Notes under the pieces: model-generated | The model's input: the letters and a program-made list of their open reading frames with translations, nothing else | The model's database searches: none | What the model was told of the DNA's origin: nothing | Made by a program: the position numbers and the translations under genes | From: a candidate division WOR-3 bacterium | GTDB taxonomy: Bacteria > Hydrothermota > Tepidihabitantia > Tepidihabitantales > Tepidihabitantaceae | DNA: 64,000 bases | Assembly (NCBI GenBank): GCA_965648905.1 | Contig: CBFGIT010000001.1 | Coordinates: forward strand, 64,001 to 128,000 | Direction: 5' to 3' | In this document: positions 49,694 through 58,601 of the stretch, one piece after another | How positions within the stretch are numbered: position 1 is the stretch's first letter | Layout of the letters: each line of letters starts with the position of its first letter

Positions 49694-49821
49694 TACCGCG
49701 CCTGACGGCGCAAAGGCAGATTGCAGATTGCAGAATGCAGAAGTCAAAATGCCGGGCCGTCCGATGCTTTGACCTTTGCACTTTGCATTTTGCCTTTTGA
49801 CTTGCGCGCGCAGCGCGCCAG
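49694..49821. mobile_element. Hairpin (MITE/REP-like) element in CRISPR repeat 12, copy 1
   Basis: 128 bp between repeat positions 1-32 and 8-37. Imperfect palindrome of heptamer arms. Confidence 0.7.
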
Positions 49822-49924
49822 TCCTCGCCCTGATGAAAAAGGGATTACGACACCGCCTTTACGAGAGGCGGAAGACTAAGTGCGACGCTCACGTCAGAAT
49901 CCTCGCCCTGATGAAAAAGGGATT

Positions 49925-50353
49925 TACCGCGCCTGACGGCGCCAAGGCAGAGTGCAGATTGCAGAATGCAGAAGTCAAAATGCCGGACCGTCCGATGCTT
50001 TGACCTTTGCACTCTGCATTTTGCCTTTTGACTTGCGCGCGCAGCGCGGTGGAATCCTCGCCCTGATGAAAAAGGGATTTGCCGCACCTGACGGCGCCAA
50101 GGCAGAGTGCAGAATGCAGAAGTCAAAATGCCGGACCGTCCGATGCTTTGACCTTTGCACTCTGCATTTTGCCTTTTGACTTGCGCGCGCAGCGCGCCAG
50201 TCCTCGCCCTGATGAAAAAGGGATTTACCGCGCCTGACGGCGCAAGGGCAAAAGGCAGATTGCAGAATGCAGAAGGCAAAATGCCGGGCCGTCCGACACT
50301 TTGACCTTTGCACTCTGCATTTTGCCTTTTGACTTGCGCGCGCAGCGCGCCAG
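49925..50353. mobile_element. Three tandem hairpin elements in CRISPR repeat 13 (49925-50051, 50080-50200, 50226-50353), separated by repeat cores
   Basis: Near-identical to 49694-49821. Separated by partial repeats 50052-50079 and 50201-50225. Confidence 0.7.
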
Positions 50354-50870
50354 TCCTCGCCCTGATGAGAAAGGGATTACGACTTGACGGGCGGCGAGAG
50401 TTGAGTATGCTCTGCACGATGCCGAGTCAGAATCCTCGCCCTGATGAAAGAGGGATTACGACATGGCGCGTCGTGCCGGAACTGACGATTGGGCTACTAA
50501 CCGCTACCTACGTAGCGTAGCTAAAGAGGTGGTTGATGAACTCACTGCACAAAGCTTTGGAAGAGGTGAAAAATCGGGAGCAGACGCCCGAGGAAGCAGA
50601 GAAGGCGCTGGAAAGCCTGTTGTCAGAGGCGAAGAGCTTCCTCGAGAGAAATGGATTTCCATTGACCACAGAGAATTTGCAAGGCGCTTTGATAATCATC
50701 CGGGCTGGCAGAAGAATGAAGAGGGATTCAAGTTAGCGCACGATGCGCTATCGAACATCCCGGAGCTATCTACCCAATTGCAGCGGCTGGAGAACGGGGA
50801 ACTGCATCCCCGGCTGGCGCTACAGATAGTTGACGCCTACGACCAGGCGCGGTTTCGGTCAGAATCCTCG

Positions 50871-52511
50871 CTAAGGAGTCTGCTCCGACTCTGGCAATTC
50901 TGCTTCTCGCATCTCGGCGATTTCGAGTATCTCGACTGCGCGCAGAGCCGCCTGCTTCACGATGCGCGGCTGCTTGCTCAAAGGCCAGGGCCTTGCCATT
51001 CTACGCAACTGGGGCAGAGCGCGGGTCACCCGGAGCCCGGCCAGTCCGTCAATCGCCGCAGCACGGATTTCCGGCTCCGGGTCGTCAAGAGCGGCGAGAA
51101 GGAATTCGGCGCCAATCGGATTGCCAATCTCGCCAACCGCACGCAGGGCGCAGGCCCGCACCAGGTCGCTCTCATCCTTCAGCCGGTCGAGCAGCGGCAT
51201 GGTCGCACGAAAGTCGCGCAGTTTGCCCAGTGCCTCAGCCGCCATTGCTCTCACGACCGGGTCACGGTCGGAAAGCGCGTTGACGAGCGCCGGTGCGGCC
51301 CGGCTTTCACCAATCTCGCCGAGCGCCTGGGCTGAGACGATTCTCACCCAGACCGTCGCATCAGAAAGACCCTGAATCAGCCGTTCGCAGGCTCCCTTGT
51401 GCCGCAGCCGGCCAAGCACATCGGTTGCGCGCACGCGCACCTCGACCAGATTATGGCCGAGCAACTTGAACGTCGGGTCAAGGGCCAGAGCGGCCTGGGC
51501 CTCAAGACCGTTTGCTGCGGCCGCGGCAACTTTCGGGTCCTCGTCTGCCAGCGCAGCAGCCAACAGCTCGGCCGAACGAGAGTTGTGAATCCGGCCCAGG
51601 GCTGATACCGCTGCCAGCCGTACCCGGTCATCAGCATCGGTCAGCACGCCGGCCAGTGCCTCAATGCAGCTCGGGTCGCCGATACCGCCGAGCACCTCGG
51701 CCGCCGATGCCCGCACGGTCGGATTCTCGTTCACCAGCAGCTCCGCGACCGGAATCAGGGCGGTCTTTCCCTGGTCGAGCAGCGCGGTCATCGCATTCAG
51801 CCGGTCGGAAAGGTCCTCAGATGCAAGCGCACGAATCAGCGGGTCCACGGCCTGAACGCTGACGCTGCGCAAAGCCTCAAGTGCGGCGCGGCGGACTTCC
51901 GGGTCCGGGTCTTCGGATGATATGCGGGCGAGCAGCTCCACTGCCTTGCGGTGGCGGAGCCGACCCAGGGCAGTGGCTGCGGCGCAGCGCATTTCCGGGT
52001 TGTCATCGGCCATCTCATCCATCAGCGCATCAACGGTCGAAGGGTCCCGGATTTCACCCAGCGCGCGCGCGGCCGCGATGCGCACCGAATCGACCAGGTC
52101 GCGCAGCAGGTCAAGGAGCGGAGGGATAGCAGCACGGCCGCCAATTCGGCCCAGGGCCACAGCAATTGCCGCACGGGTCTCAGGGTCGCGGTCGGTCGCA
52201 TTACGGGCCAGCAGTCCGACCGCCGAATCAAGGCCCAGCCGGCCAATCAACTCCGGAACCAAAGTCCCAACCGGCCCCTGCCAGTTACTGACGCAGCGGC
52301 TTACCGGCTCGATTGCAGCCGTTCCCAGTGCGACCAGCGCATCGGCCGCACGGCGCCTGATGCTCTCATCCGGGTCAGAAAGCAGCAAAACCAGCGCACC
52401 CGCAGCCTCGCTGCCGCCGATGTTTGCCAACCGGTCCACTGCCTGACCACGAACAACCGGGTCCGTGCTGTGCAGGTCAGAAACGACCCCGCTCAGCGAG
52501 AGATGCTTCAC
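50871..52511 (-). CDS. HEAT/PBS-lyase repeat protein
   Basis: Many L.D.D..VR..AA.ALG repeats. Start moved to GTG 52511, overlapping the cutA stop (GTGA). Confidence 0.88.
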   Translation of the reverse strand: MKHLSLSGVVSDLHSTDPVVRGQAVDRLANIGGSEAAGALVLLLSDPDESIRRRAADALVALGTAAIEPVSRCVSNWQGPVGTLVPELIGRLGLDSAVGLLARNATDRDPETRAAIAVALGRIGGRAAIPPLLDLLRDLVDSVRIAAARALGEIRDPSTVDALMDEMADDNPEMRCAAATALGRLRHRKAVELLARISSEDPDPEVRRAALEALRSVSVQAVDPLIRALASEDLSDRLNAMTALLDQGKTALIPVAELLVNENPTVRASAAEVLGGIGDPSCIEALAGVLTDADDRVRLAAVSALGRIHNSRSAELLAAALADEDPKVAAAAANGLEAQAALALDPTFKLLGHNLVEVRVRATDVLGRLRHKGACERLIQGLSDATVWVRIVSAQALGEIGESRAAPALVNALSDRDPVVRAMAAEALGKLRDFRATMPLLDRLKDESDLVRACALRAVGEIGNPIGAEFLLAALDDPEPEIRAAAIDGLAGLRVTRALPQLRRMARPWPLSKQPRIVKQAALRAVEILEIAEMREAELPESEQTP

Positions 52512-52900
52512 CGTCGTGCTCCAGCACGCTTGTTCTCCGTCCCACCGGCACGCCCCTTCGTGCTCCTGCCCCGACGGGCGACCGGCCTGGTTTCCGCGGC
52601 CAGCCACTCAAGGTATGCCCGGCTGCCGGCTGCGACCGGCAAGGCGATGATTTCCGGCGTGTCATAGGGGTGCAGGGCCCCGAGTCTGCGCACGAGAGCA
52701 TTATAGCGCGAACCGGTGGTCTTGACAAGGCACAGCCATTCGCCCGTAGTCTCCTCCTTGTTCTGCCACCAGTACGTGCTCTCGACCGGGCCAAGGACCT
52801 GCACGCACGCAGCCAGCCGTGCCTTGACCAGCTCGCGGGCGATATGCCGGGCCACAGCGCGGGTCGGTGCAGTCGTCATAACCTGCAGATACTCTGGCAC
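52508..52900 (-). CDS. cutA: Divalent-cation tolerance protein CutA
   Basis: LVKARLAACVQV, S.YWW, HPYDTPEIIALPV, YLEWL. Start at GTG 52900. Confidence 0.92.
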   Translation of the reverse strand: MPEYLQVMTTAPTRAVARHIARELVKARLAACVQVLGPVESTYWWQNKEETTGEWLCLVKTTGSRYNALVRRLGALHPYDTPEIIALPVAAGSRAYLEWLAAETRPVARRGRSTKGRAGGTENKRAGARR

Positions 52901-53091
52901 TGATGACAGTTTCCCCTTTGGAACGGCTAAGTCAAGAATGAACCGGCCCGGTCTTTCTTGACACTGACAGCCAGGCAGTATTATCTGTTCGGGTCCTGAC
53001 GCCCCGCCTTTGTCCGGATGCGGCGGTGCGAGCGCTCTGGTACGCGGGCGGGACAGGACAAAGGCAGAGAAAGACCGAGAAAGGAGATACC

Positions 53092-53772
53092 ATGAGGCAT
53101 GCAACTATGCTGGTGCTGGTCGGTGTCATTGCTGTTGCCGGCATCACGCGGGCGCAGTCGGGTTTGGGGCTGAGCATCAAGCCGGGCTTCACCCTGAATG
53201 CAGCGCACATCGGCTACAAGGCCGACAATCTGTTCATTGGCGGCGGCCTGGAGTTCGCCAGCGTGTCGCTGTCGGGCAGCTTCGAGCATACCTACACCGA
53301 CACGTGGGGTCCACGTGACACGACGATTTCAGAGAAATACAGTACCAAGCAGGAAGCAAGCGTCTTCCTGCCCCAGGTCGCGTTCAAGGCGCTGTTCGGC
53401 GGTCCAGGTGAAGGGGAAGCTGACCGCGGCTATGCCCGGCCCTATCTCTGGGGCAGCCTCTTCTACTCAATCGCATCGGTTAGGTCATCCTTCACCTACG
53501 GGGACTCAACCAAACACGATACCATCGCTGAGAAGCTTCTGAACGACGTCCTGAGCGGCAATCTGGGCGGTACGGTTGCAGTGGGCGGGGAGTACTACAT
53601 CGCCAAGAGCCTCTCGCTCAGCGGCGAGTTCGGCTGCCGGTTCGTGTTCGGCGGCGTGAAACAGGAGTTCCGTAACGAGGAGTCTTACTATGTGAACGAC
53701 GTAACCAAACTCGACGGTAAGCTCGGGCTGGGTGTAACCTACACGACCCTTGGTCTGAACTTCTACTTCTAG
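53092..53772 (+). CDS. Outer membrane beta-barrel protein
   Basis: AAGGAG RBS, signal peptide, alternating beta strands, C-terminal NFYF. Confidence 0.75.
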   Translation: MRHATMLVLVGVIAVAGITRAQSGLGLSIKPGFTLNAAHIGYKADNLFIGGGLEFASVSLSGSFEHTYTDTWGPRDTTISEKYSTKQEASVFLPQVAFKALFGGPGEGEADRGYARPYLWGSLFYSIASVRSSFTYGDSTKHDTIAEKLLNDVLSGNLGGTVAVGGEYYIAKSLSLSGEFGCRFVFGGVKQEFRNEESYYVNDVTKLDGKLGLGVTYTTLGLNFYF

Positions 53773-53885
53773 CTCCTGTCAACCACTTCGGCCGGCCCAC
53801 GTCGCAAGACGCGGGCCGGCTATGCTTGTAGAGCGGAATGGGGCAGTTACTGCCAGGGTAGATTACAGGCAAGATGCCCGCGAAG

Positions 53886-53914
53886 TTGACTTCACTACTG
53901 GCAGTTCCTAGAAT
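53886..53914 (+). promoter_or_regulatory. Sigma70-like promoter of the redox operon
   Basis: TTGACT-17 nt-TAGAAT, 7 nt before ATG 53922. Confidence 0.65.
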
Positions 53915-53921
53915 AGGGAAT

Positions 53922-54671
53922 ATGTTTGCCTATCGCGGAGCAGTCACTTGGTCAGCCGCGGTCGTGCTTGCGGCGCTGGCCTGCTCGGACGCGCCGGTCG
54001 TGCCGGTCCAGCCTACCAGCCGCAATGTCCTGACCGAAATGGTGTTCGTTGACTCGACTTGAGGGTACTGCGCGCTCGCGGTGCGGGCGCTGGACAGCTT
54101 GTCGAACAACCGCTATGACTCGGCAATGCCGGTAGTCATGTATATGGCAGTTGGCAGATTCCGGGTCACGGAAGAGGACAGTGCACGCCGTTCGCCGCCC
54201 AAGCACCTCTATCTCGATGGCACCCGGGTCCTGAACATGGATGACTACGGCTCGACTCAGTACGGCAGTGTGTTTGCTGCCAGCATCGACGTGGCGAAGT
54301 CGCGGCCGAGCTTTATGTCTCTCGCGGTCGAGAGCACGTATGCCGACACGGCCGATGGTGTCTGCGTCGTGATGGTCACCGCGGATTCGGTTGCGCTTGG
54401 CGCGGACTTGCGTCTTGTGGCCGTTGTCACCGAGGACAGCGTCGTTACGTCCGGCTTCCTCGGCGCCAAGTGGGACCACATGGCCCGCCGCATCGTCCCG
54501 GACTATTCCGGCAAGAGCATTAGCCTTGCGCGCGGGGACACGCTCTACGACACGCTGCGATTCTCAACCACGGGCTGCAATCCGGCAAAGCTGGCGGCAG
54601 CCGTCTACCTGCGCGACGCGCAGGACAACAGCATTGTTCAATCCCTGCGCGTACGCGCTTTCAACCATTAG
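53922..54671 (+). CDS. Omp28-like thioredoxin-fold lipoprotein with UxxC motif (selenoprotein, TGA 54060-54062)
   Basis: Lipobox ALAC. RNVLTEMVFVDST*GYC continues in frame into ORF 54081..54671. VVTED...H..R Omp28-like C-terminus. Hairpin with GGU loop at 54072-54090. Confidence 0.8.
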
Positions 54672-54680
54672 GAGGAGATC

Positions 54681-55247
54681 GTGAGACATCTGGCATGGAC
54701 TCTGTTCGGTCTTGTGTTCGCGGCGGGCGCGGCCCTCGCATCTGCGGCTGAGGAGAAGTACCCGAAAGCACCCAACTTCACCCTGAAGGACGTCAACGGC
54801 AAGTCCTACACCCTGGACTCGCTGCTTCAGAACGGCCCGGTCTATATGGAATGCTGGGACCTGCCTTGCGTCAACTGTATCGCCGAGCTCGATGCCCTGA
54901 TGCCGATTTACGACTCGCTGAAGGCCCGTGGGCTGCAGATAGTGGCCCTGTCGGTTGACAAGCCGGCGGACGAAGCCCGGGTCAAGGCGTTCGTGAAGAG
55001 CAAGAAGTGGCCCTACATCTGCCTCCTGGACCAGCAGAACAAGGTGAAGAAGGCCTACAATATCATCATCAAGCCCACCGCGTATCTCATCAATACCAAG
55101 GGTGAGATTGTCTTCACGCACATCGGGTACAAGAAGGGCGACGAGAAGAAGATCAAAGCCGAGTTCCTGAAATGGCTGCCTGAAGAGCCGGCCAAGGCTG
55201 AACCGGAGACCGAGCCGGAGAAGCCGGTCAAGAACAAAGACAAGTAA
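54681..55247 (+). CDS. TlpA/redoxin family periplasmic thiol-disulfide oxidoreductase
   Basis: Signal peptide, APNFTLKD, CVNC, cis-Pro loop KPTAYLIN. Confidence 0.9.
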   Translation: MRHLAWTLFGLVFAAGAALASAAEEKYPKAPNFTLKDVNGKSYTLDSLLQNGPVYMECWDLPCVNCIAELDALMPIYDSLKARGLQIVALSVDKPADEARVKAFVKSKKWPYICLLDQQNKVKKAYNIIIKPTAYLINTKGEIVFTHIGYKKGDEKKIKAEFLKWLPEEPAKAEPETEPEKPVKNKDK

Positions 55248-55253
55248 CGCTCA

Positions 55254-56729
55254 GTGGCACGGAGAACCAGTATCAGCCTGGCCTGTCTACTGGCGGCGTT
55301 GCCCGCACTGGCCGCCGAACTCTCGATTCAGGGCGTGAATCGCGCCGAGTCCTGGGCGTTTTTCGATTCGGTCTACTCCACGCACTCCGAGGACAAGCTC
55401 GACCTTGACATCGGCTACGGCGACCTGAATGGCTCGCTCGGCCTGTTCCTGTATGAGCCGTCCAAGCCATGGCTGGGCGCACGCCAGCCGATGCGGCTTC
55501 TGGACTATACCATCGCCTACGCGCCCGAGCATTTCGAAGTGCTCTACGGCAAGTACTACCAGACCTTTGGCAAAGGACTGGCCCTGCGCGCTTACTCTGA
55601 CGATGACTTCCGGCACTACAAGAGCCTGCACGGACTCAGAGGCACTGCCCACCTGCCATTCTCGACCGACGTCGTGCTCCTGGGTGGCCGGCTGCGCGAC
55701 ATCTTCTTCCAGGAGAATACCTACAAGACCCTGAACAACACGGACACAACCGACCAGGTCCTGGGCGCGGACCTCTCTACGCGACCAGTCGGTTTCTTTG
55801 GGTTCGGCGGCCGTTATGTGCGCATCAACGGCGAGCGCGACCTGACGCCCAAGGCGTTCAACGAGTTCATCGGCGGCAATGTCTCGACCACGCTCGGCCC
55901 GGTTGACCTGTACGCCGAGCTGTGCCAGCGCCTCGGCACCAAACCCGGCATCGGCGGCCGCGAAAAGGGCCTGGGCTACTACCTGAGCGCGACCGCGTCC
56001 TTTCCCGGCTACTCGCTCCTTGGCGAGTACATGGACTACGACAATCTAAGCCATCCTGCGGCCGGATATCACTACAACGACCCGCCCACGCCCATCAAGT
56101 CCGGCGTGGCCATCGACCGTGGTGTCGACGAGCTGGGCTTCGGCGTCACAGGCACGGCCACACCCCTCGACCCGTTGTACCTCGAGGCCAACTACGGCAA
56201 GCTGTATCGGCACAAGGACAGCCTGACCGGTGTGGTCGAGTGGGAAGGCAAGACTCGCTACTCGCTCGGGACCGAATGGACCTTTGAGGCGAAGTTCAAC
56301 CACATGGTGCAGCAGAACATCGAGTTGCACGTCGCGAACCGCACCACCGACAAACCGACTGTACTCATCAACTACCTGCTGGGGCAACACACCTTCGCGC
56401 TTGAGGCCGAGTACAACTCCGTCACCGAGGACACCGGCCACATGGAAACTCCGTGGCAGTATCACGAGACCGCGCTCGCCCTGAGCTACGGCTTGGGCGA
56501 GGCACTGCTTCTTACCGCGGGCTGGCAGGGCGTGGATTTAAAGCTCGAGCGGCGCTACAACGGCCAGCAGTCGTGGCCGATGTTCGAAACCGTGTGGAAC
56601 ATCAACGAGCGGAACGTCCTACGCGTGCGGCTCGGAGCCGAACGCGGCGGCTACACCTGCTCGGGCGGTGTCTGCCGGTTCGAGTCGCCGTTCCGGGGTG
56701 TGAAGGCGCAGCTTATCAGCCGGTTCTAG
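55254..56729 (+). CDS. Outer membrane protein, DUF6029-like, with C-terminal CxxxxC
   Basis: Signal peptide, YYQTFGKGL.LR, RGGYTCSGGVCRF, terminal Phe. Confidence 0.65.
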   Translation: MARRTSISLACLLAALPALAAELSIQGVNRAESWAFFDSVYSTHSEDKLDLDIGYGDLNGSLGLFLYEPSKPWLGARQPMRLLDYTIAYAPEHFEVLYGKYYQTFGKGLALRAYSDDDFRHYKSLHGLRGTAHLPFSTDVVLLGGRLRDIFFQENTYKTLNNTDTTDQVLGADLSTRPVGFFGFGGRYVRINGERDLTPKAFNEFIGGNVSTTLGPVDLYAELCQRLGTKPGIGGREKGLGYYLSATASFPGYSLLGEYMDYDNLSHPAAGYHYNDPPTPIKSGVAIDRGVDELGFGVTGTATPLDPLYLEANYGKLYRHKDSLTGVVEWEGKTRYSLGTEWTFEAKFNHMVQQNIELHVANRTTDKPTVLINYLLGQHTFALEAEYNSVTEDTGHMETPWQYHETALALSYGLGEALLLTAGWQGVDLKLERRYNGQQSWPMFETVWNINERNVLRVRLGAERGGYTCSGGVCRFESPFRGVKAQLISRF

Positions 56730-56730
56730 C

Positions 56731-56868
56731 ATGAAGCGGAGAATAGCGTTTGTCGTGCTGGCCGTGGTCGGTGTCGCCGCCATTGCCTTAGGTATTGCCA
56801 AAGGCGACCCGGAGACAATCCACCGCTTCGCGGCCCAGATATGACTATCCTGCATGGGGCTCGTGTAG
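56731..56868 (+). CDS. Small membrane CD1871A-like protein with UxxC (selenoprotein, TGA 56842-56844); not in ORF track
   Basis: MKRRIAFVVLAVVGVAAIALGIAKGDPETIHRFAAQI*LSCMGLV. Lies just upstream of a 4Fe-4S membrane protein. Hairpin at 56853-56875. Confidence 0.8.
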
Positions 56869-56891
56869 CCCTGTGAACTAGCATCCAACCC

Positions 56892-58502
56892 GTGACCCAG
56901 GACCGGTTCGACATCAGCAGGAAGACACGAATAATAGTCTTCGCCCTCATCTCGGGCAGTGCGGTCATCGTCACCCTGCTGCTCAAGTTCCTCGGCCGAT
57001 TCGACTGGGGCGTGCTGTACTACGGCTTTGCCACCGTACTCGGCCTCGGGCTTTTTCTCGCCTTGTTTCTGGGTCGGCCCACGGTATTGCGCCGCTGGCT
57101 CTCTTTTCTCACCATATCGCTGACCGGTCTTATCGCGGCCGCGTCGCTTTCGTTCGGCCAGGGCCTCCCCTTTGGCCGGGTGCTCGTCTTCGGCTGGGTG
57201 CCGTTCACCCTTATCATGCTCGCCACGGTCGTGTACGTCCGACGCCGGGTTGCGCCCTACCGCGTCGTTCACATCATCGCCGCAGTAATGCTCAACTCCT
57301 ACATCGTCGCCTACCTTCAGAGCAAGGTGTTGTTCCAGGGTTTCTTCAAGTACGTGCCGCAGCCGATTCTGAACTGCTATGGCGGGCCGCTGGCGGTGTT
57401 CGCCTGCCCGATCGGCTCGACCCAGCAGATGATTGGCATGAAGTTCCTACCCTGGCTGCCGCTCGGCGTATTCATCGTTGTCGGTGCAGTCGTGGGCCGG
57501 GCTGCCTGCGCCTGGCTTTGCCCGTTCGGCATGTGGCAGGACCTGCTGTACAAGGTCAAGGTCGGCCCCAAGGCTGGTGCCAAGCGCTGGGCCGGGCTCG
57601 GCCTCATCGCGGCCATTACTCTGGTCATCGGCGCAGCGCTGGTTACGTGGCTCAAGCTGCCTTGGGTTGCGGTGTTCATCTACGCGTGGCTGCCGTTCAA
57701 TCTGCTCGTGCTGGCCGTCGTTCTCCGCGGCAAGCTTGCTCTGCCCGCGAAGATGTGGATTGGCAGCTTCCTCGCCGCCGTCGGCCTTGCCGCGGTTGTC
57801 TGGTTCAAGCACGAAATCGGGTATGCGGTCGCGGCCGGTTTCGTGGGCATGGTACTGCTGGGCCTGACCGGCCGCTGGTTTGCGGCTGGGGCGAGTGCGG
57901 TTGCCGGTCTGCTTCTGGGTTGGCTCGGCAACCCCGCGTTTCACCTCGGTCCTTTGTCCGGGCTCGGCCTTGGTGTTGCCTTGGCGGTGGCCGGCTTCGC
58001 CTTGGTCTTCGTGCTCGATATCCTCCTCAAGCTGTCTTTGCCCTCGAACTTCCTCAAGTTCGGCATGCTGCTGCTTGTGGCCGGCGTGGCGTCGTACCTC
58101 ACGGCCGAGCCGTGGTTCTGTAAACTCTGCCCGCAAGGCACGTTCGGCGCCGGCATTCCGCTTGTGCTCTGGGACCCGGTCGGCGCACTGCGCGGGCTGG
58201 TCGGCTGGCTGTACTTTGTCAAACTCGGCATCCTGCTTTTCACCATCGTCGCGGCCATCGCCGTCAAGCGGCCTTTCTGCCGCGTGGTCTGCCCAATCGG
58301 CGCTATCTATGCCCTGTTCAACAAAGCCAGCCTGCTGCACCTTGAATTCCCTGGCAGGGATGCGTGCACCAACTGCGGCATCTGCAAGAGAGTCTGCCCG
58401 ATGGACATCGACCCGCATCTCGCCCAGAACCAGCTTGAGTGTATCCGCTGCGGCGAGTGCACCACCGCCTGCCCCAAATCCGGTCTCAAGTTCCGCGTCT
58501 AG
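56892..58502 (+). CDS. Polytopic 4Fe-4S ferredoxin membrane protein (NapH/MauN-like)
   Basis: Many TM helices, CAWLCPFG, FCKLCPQG, FCRVVCPIG, two CxxCxxCxxxCP motifs. Confidence 0.9.
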   Translation: MTQDRFDISRKTRIIVFALISGSAVIVTLLLKFLGRFDWGVLYYGFATVLGLGLFLALFLGRPTVLRRWLSFLTISLTGLIAAASLSFGQGLPFGRVLVFGWVPFTLIMLATVVYVRRRVAPYRVVHIIAAVMLNSYIVAYLQSKVLFQGFFKYVPQPILNCYGGPLAVFACPIGSTQQMIGMKFLPWLPLGVFIVVGAVVGRAACAWLCPFGMWQDLLYKVKVGPKAGAKRWAGLGLIAAITLVIGAALVTWLKLPWVAVFIYAWLPFNLLVLAVVLRGKLALPAKMWIGSFLAAVGLAAVVWFKHEIGYAVAAGFVGMVLLGLTGRWFAAGASAVAGLLLGWLGNPAFHLGPLSGLGLGVALAVAGFALVFVLDILLKLSLPSNFLKFGMLLLVAGVASYLTAEPWFCKLCPQGTFGAGIPLVLWDPVGALRGLVGWLYFVKLGILLFTIVAAIAVKRPFCRVVCPIGAIYALFNKASLLHLEFPGRDACTNCGICKRVCPMDIDPHLAQNQLECIRCGECTTACPKSGLKFRV

Positions 58503-58515
58503 CTCTGCCAGCCTT

Positions 58516-58555
58516 GGGACACGATCCGAAATGTCGGACATTTCGGTCATGTCCC
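58516..58555. repeat. REP-like palindrome, copy 3 (opposite orientation)
   Basis: GGGACACGATCCGAAATGTC-G-GACATTTCGGTCATGTCCC. Outer arms match copies 1 and 2. Confidence 0.75.
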
Positions 58556-58601
58556 GAGAGGTCTTTGTGTCTTCTCGCCTTTGTGGTAAAATCCCGCGCC
58601 C

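Larger units (their letters stand above)
48806..50462 (+). CRISPR. CRISPR array, repeat GTCAGAATCCTCGCCCTGATGAAAAAGGGATTACGAC (37 bp), 14 repeat positions, 13 spacers of 37-45 bp; repeats 12 and 13 interrupted
   Basis: Repeats start at 48806, 48881, 48958, 49032, 49113, 49195, 49271, 49348, 49426, 49505, 49583, 49662 (interrupted), 49893 (interrupted three times) and 50426. A 14-bp remnant lies at 50858-50871. Confidence 0.98.

Noticed and set aside
49694..50353. Treating the four inserts as ordinary duplicated spacers
   Set aside because: They are about three times spacer length and the flanking repeats lack their terminal bases at each junction.
48843..50425. Self-targeting spacers
   Set aside because: No match to other parts of the window was noticed by eye. 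An exhaustive search was not possible.
48721..50520. Short ORFs across the CRISPR array (MKKGLR... peptides)
   Set aside because: They are translations of repeats and inserted elements.
50463..51335. 290-aa ORF as a complete gene
   Set aside because: It begins exactly at the repeat boundary without an RBS, and its 3' half is antisense to the HEAT gene. Only the giant-spacer part is discussed.
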